Shown piece by piece: positions 10,821 to 15,133 of a stretch of DNA of 15,133 nucleotides. The notes under the pieces are model-generated. The model did no database searches. It was not told where the DNA came from and saw nothing but the letters and a program-made list of their open reading frames with translations. The DNA comes from Utricularia gibba (Eukaryota > Plantae > Magnoliophyta): contig NEEC01000398.1 of the NCBI GenBank assembly GCA_002189035.1, positions 1 through 15,133 of the forward strand, given 5' to 3'. Numbering within the stretch: position 1 is the stretch's first letter; each line of letters begins with the position of its first letter. Both the position numbers and the translations under genes were made by a program.

Positions 10821-12659
10821 GTGATGCAGTTATTGAAGTTAGGATTCATGAGCACCCAAAATGTTTTTTCAATCGCATGCTTTGTAGTTTGCTCTAGTGG
10901 GGCAACGGTATCGGCAAAAGGTCGAGTCGGGCTCACCAGAGTCATTTGTAGCCCGCAAAAAAATTGATGCATTTATTAACGTTCGGCTTTATTAGGCTGC
11001 CTACATAGTTTCTCAAGGAAAAGCTTGTCGTTTCTGGGCGGGTGATGTCGTTGGAACTTCGTTCTGACCAAGGTTCTGTCTGACTCCTTTGCCACATCGG
11101 GTCCTACTCGACGAAAATCGTGATGCAGTTATTGAAGTTAGGATGTCATGAGCACCCAAAATGGTTTTCTCAACCGCATGCTTTATATTTGAGGAGGCGC
11201 TCTCGTGGGGCAACGGTATCGAGTAGGAGGTCGAGTCGAGCTTGGCCCATAGTCATTTGTAGCTCGGCAAAAAACTTGATGCATTTATTAACGTTGGTTT
11301 TAATAGGCTGCCTCAATGGTTTTCTCAAGGAAAAGCTTGTTTTTGGGCGGGTGATGTCGTTGTGAACTTCGTTCTGACCAAGGTTCGTCTGACTCCTTTG
11401 CCACATCGGGTCCTACTCGACGAAAATCGTGATGCAGTTATTGAAGTTAGGATTTCATGAGCACCCAAAATGGTTTTCTCAACCGCATGCTTTATATTTG
11501 ATAAGCGCTCTCGTGGGGCAACGGTATCGAGCAGGAGGTCGAGTCGAGCTCGGGCCAGAGTCATTTGTAGCCGGCAAAAAAAATTGATGCATTTATTAAC
11601 GTTCGGCTTTATTAGGCTGCCTACATAGTTTCTCAAGGAAAAGCTTGTCGTTTCTGGCGGTGATGTCGTTGGAACTTCGTTCTGACCCAAGGTTCTGTCT
11701 GACTCCTTTGCCACATCGGGTCCTACTCGACGAAAATCGTGATGCAGTTATTGAAGTTAGGATTTCATGAGCACCCAAAATGGTTTTTCAACCGCATGCT
11801 TTATATTTGAGGCGCTCTCGTGGGGCACGGTATCGGGCAGGTCGAGTCGAGCTCCTCCCAGAGTCATTTGTAGCCCGGCAAAAAATTGATGCATTTATTA
11901 ACGTTCGGCTATTAGGCTGCCTACATAGTTTCTCAAGGAAAAGCTTGTCGTTTCTGGCGGGTGATGTCGTTGGAACTTCGTTCGGACCCAAGGTTCTGTC
12001 TGACTCCTTTGCCACATCGGGTCCTACTCGACGAAAATCGTGATGCAGTTATTGAAGTTAGGATGTCATGACCCAAAATGGTTTTCTCAACCGCATGCTT
12101 TATATTTGAGGAGGCGCTCTCGTGGGGCAACGGTATCGAGTAGGAGGTCGAGTCGAGCTCGGGCCCATAGTCATTTGTAGCTCGGCAAAAAACTTGATGC
12201 ATTAATTAACGTTGGTTTTAATAGAACGCCTACATTGTTTTCTCAAGGAAAAGCTTGTCGTTTTGGGCGGTGATGTCGTTGTGAACTTCGTTCTGACCCA
12301 AGGTTCGGTCTGACTCCTTTGCCACATCGGGTCCTACTCGACGAAAATCGTGATGCAGTTATTGAAGTTAGGATTCATGAGCACCCAAAATGGTTTTCTC
12401 AACCGCATGCTTTATATTTGATAAGGTGCTCTCGTGGGGCAACGGTATCGAGCAGGAGGTCGAGTCGAGCTCGGGCCCAGAGTCATTTGTAGCCCGCAAA
12501 AAATTGATGCATTTATTAACGTTCGGCTTTATTAGGCTGCCTACATAGTTTCTCAAGGAAAAGCTTGTCGTTTCTGGCGGGTGATGTCGTTGGGAACTTC
12601 GTTCGACCCAAGGTTCTGTCTGACTCCTTTGCCACATCGGGTCCTACTCGACGAAAATC
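10821..12659 (+). repeat. Two tandem copies of a 3-mer higher-order unit (M36-38 and M39-41), period ~919 bp
   Basis: The pattern occurs twice: a B-like head with a TTCGGCT..TTAGG..ACATAG tail, then a monomer with GGATGTCATG + GAGGAGGCGCTCTCG + GTTGTG, then a monomer with CCAGAG + TTCGGCTTTATTAGG + TTCTGTC. GGATGTCATG was seen only in M37 and M40. Confidence 0.72.
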
Positions 12660-14508
12660 GTGATGCAGTTATTGAAGTTAGGATTCATGAGCACCCAAAA
12701 TGGTTTTCTCAACCGCATGCTTTATATTTGATAAGGTGCTCTCGTGGGCAACGTATCGAGTAGGAGGTCGAGTCGAGCTCGGGCCCATAGTCATTTGTAG
12801 CTCGGCAAAAAAACTTGATGCATTTATTAACGTTGGTTTTAATAGGCTGCCTCAATGGTTTTCTCAAGGAAAAGCTTGTCGTTTCTGGGCGGGTGATGTC
12901 TTTTGGAACTTCGTTCTGACCATAGGTTCGGTCTGACTCCTTTGCCACATCGGGTCCTACTCGACGAAAATCGTGATGCAGTTATTGAAGTTAGGATATC
13001 ATGAGCACCCAAAATGGTTTTCTCAACCGCATTTTTATATTTGATAAGTGCTCTCGTGGGGCAACGGTATCGAGTAGGAGGTCGAGTCGAGCTCGGCCCA
13101 TAGTCATTTGTAGCTCGGCAAAAAACTTGATGCATTTATTAACGGTTGGTTTTAATAGGCTGCCTAAATGGTTTTCTCAAGGAAAAGCTTGTCGTTTTTG
13201 GGCGGGTGATGTCTTTTGGAACTTCGTTCTGACCAAGGTTCGGTCTGACTCCTTTGCCACATCGGGTCCTACTCGACGAAAATCGTGATGCAGTTATTGA
13301 AGTTAGGATTCATGAGCACCCAAAATGGTTTTCTCAACGCATGCTTTATATTTGATAAGGCACTCTCGTGGGGCAACGGTATCGAGCAGGAGGTCGAGTC
13401 GAGCTCGGGCCCAGAGTCATTTGTAGCCCGGCAAAAAAATTGATGCATTTATTAACGTTCGGCTTTATTAGGCTGCCTACATAGTTTCTCAAGGAAAAGC
13501 TTGTCGTTTCTGGGCGGGTGATGTCTTTTGGAACTTCGTTCTGACCATAGGTTCGGTCTGACTCCTTTGCCACATCGGGTCCTACTCGACGAAAATCGTG
13601 ATGCAGTTATTGAAGTTAGGATTTCATGAGCACCCAAAATGGTTTTCTCAACCGCATGCTTTATATTTGATAAGGTGCTCTCGTGGGCAACGGTATCGAG
13701 CAGGAGGTCGAGTCGAGCTCGGGCCCATAGTCATTTGTAGCCGAAAAAAATTGATGCATTTATTAACGTTGGTTTTAATAGGCTGCCTAATGGTTTCTCA
13801 AGGAAAAGCTTGTCGTTTTTGGGCGGTGATGTCGTTGTGAACTTCGTTCTGACCCAAGGTTGTTCTGACTCCTTTGCCACATCGGGTCCTACTCGACGAA
13901 AATCGTGATGCAGTTATTGAAGTTAGGATTTCATGAGCACCCAAAATGGTTTTCTCAACCGCATGCTTTATATTTGATAAGGTGCTCTCGTGGGGCAACG
14001 GTATCGAGTAGGAGTCGAGTCGAGCTCGGGCCCATAGTCATTGTAGCCGGCAAAAAAATTGATGCATTTATTAACGTTGGCTTTATTAGGCTGCCTACAT
14101 GTTTCTCAAGGAAAAGCTTGTCGTTTTGGGCGGGTGATGTCGTTGGAACTTCGTTCTGACCCAAGGTTCTGTCTGACTCCTTTGCCACATCGGTCCTACT
14201 CGACGAAAATCGTGATGCAGTTATTGAAGTTAGGATTTCATGAGCACCCAAAATGCTTTTTTCAATCGCATGCTTTGTATTTGAGAGGCGCTCGTGGGGC
14301 ACGGTATCGGCAAAAGGTCGAGTCGGGCTCCTCCAGAGTCATTTGTAGCCCGACAAAAAATTGATGCATTTATTAACGTTATTAGGCTGCCTACATAGTT
14401 TCTCAAGGAAAAGCTTATCGTTTCTGGCGGTGATGTCGTTGGGAACTTCGTTCTGACCCAAGGTCTGACTGACTCCTTTGCCACATCGGGTCCTACTCGA
14501 CGAAAATC

Positions 14509-15133
14509 GTGATGCAGTTATTGAAGTTAGGATTTCATGAGCACCCAAAATGGTTTCTCAACCGCATGCTTTATATTTGATAAGGGTGCTCTCGTGGGGC
14601 AACGGTATCGAGTAGGAGGTCGAGTCGAGCTCGGGCCCATAGTCATTTGTAGCTCGGCAAAAAACTTGATGCATTTATTAACGGTTGGTTTTAATAGGCT
14701 GCCTCAATGGTTTTCTCAAGGAAAAGCTTGTCGTTTTTGGGCGGGTGATGTCGTTGTGAACTTCGTTCTGACCAAGGTTCGGTCTGTCTCCTTTGCCAAA
14801 TCTGGTCCTACTCGACGAAAATCGTGATGCAGTTATTGAAGTTAGGATTTCATGAGCACCCAAAATGCTTTTGTCAATCGCATGCTTTGTAGTTGAGGAG
14901 GCGCTCTAGTGGGCACGGTATCGGCAAAAGGTCGAGTCGGGCTCGCTCCAGAGTCATTTTTAGCCTGTCAAAAAAAGTGATGCATTTATTAACGTTGGGT
15001 TTTAATAGGCTACCTACATGGTCTCCAAGGAAAAGCTTGTCGTTTCTGGGCGGGTGATGTCTTTTGGAACTTCGTTCTGACCATAGGTTCGGTCTGACTC
15101 CTTTGCCACATCGGGTCCTACTCGACGAAAATC
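14509..15133 (+). repeat. A-B 2-mer (M48-M49), closest in its B half to M2
   Basis: An A tail (TGTCTCCTTTGCCAAATCTGG) is followed by a B head with CTTTTGTCAATCG (14868-14880), a variant I found elsewhere only at 358-370. Confidence 0.85.

Larger units (their letters stand above)
1..15133. repeat. Tandem satellite DNA array: 49 head-to-tail monomers of ~310 bp, probably plant heterochromatic or subtelomeric satellite
   Basis: The junction motif CTACTCGACGAAAATC|GTGATGC recurs every 297-315 bp from position 1 to 15133 with no unique sequence between copies. Each monomer carries a HindIII site (AAGCTT) and 38 of 49 carry a SacI site (GAGCTC). The ORF track repeats the same short peptide fragments throughout. 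The tandem-array call is certain; the plant and subtelomeric assignment is inference. Confidence 0.99.

Noticed and set aside
29-14863. All ORFs in the six-frame track (60-192 aa)
   Set aside because: They are repeated fragments of the same monomer translation, switch frame at random indels, show no conserved frame across copies and resemble no protein family I recognise.
1-15133. CRISPR array or other repeat-spacer system
   Set aside because: There are no unique spacers. The sequence between conserved motifs is homologous in every unit, the period of ~310 bp is far too long, and there are no cas genes.
1-15133. Rolling-circle concatemer of a single ~310-nt viroid-like circle or minicircle
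   Set aside because: The size fits a viroid, but monomers carry linked multi-site haplotypes in ordered 2-mer and 3-mer patterns, which one template plus random error cannot produce. I also saw no rod-like self-complementarity by eye; folding was not computed.
14509-15133. Terminal direct repeats (LTR-like) formed by M1-M2 and M48-M49
   Set aside because: Both ends are ordinary array monomers with allelic differences. There are no TG...CA termini, primer-binding site, polypurine tract or internal coding region.

Overview
The whole 15,133-bp window is one uninterrupted head-to-tail tandem array (satellite DNA) of 49 monomers. Monomers are 297-315 bp (mean about 309 bp; the least-deleted copies are about 312-315 bp), all in the same orientation. 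There is no unique sequence, credible protein-coding gene, RNA gene, transposon or CRISPR array; every ORF in the track is a by-product of the repeat. The interest lies in the nested structure. (1) Each monomer is an old dimer of two diverged ~156-bp subunits. (2) Monomers fall into haplotype classes that form a recurrent 2-mer (~620 bp, 7 copies) and a 3-mer (~915 bp, 3 copies). (3) A multi-monomer block recurs about 3.7 kb downstream with one fewer 2-mer. (4) The window ends join in perfect phase and share private variants, which hints at a circular molecule or a circularised contig. Polymorphisms at CG and CHG sites suggest a plant origin. A ~313-bp monomer with a SacI site matches my recollection of the Silene latifolia subtelomeric SacI/X43.1 satellite, but this is unverified. 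Monomer starts (GTGATGC, counted by hand, M1-M49): 1, 314, 627, 938, 1245, 1557, 1865, 2173, 2476, 2778, 3086, 3394, 3702, 4012, 4324, 4634, 4949, 5253, 5565, 5871, 6179, 6487, 6798, 7107, 7419, 7720, 8034, 8342, 8645, 8953, 9263, 9578, 9886, 10196, 10506, 10821, 11120, 11429, 11739, 12040, 12350, 12660, 12973, 13285, 13598, 13905, 14212, 14509, 14824. I found no new gene system here.
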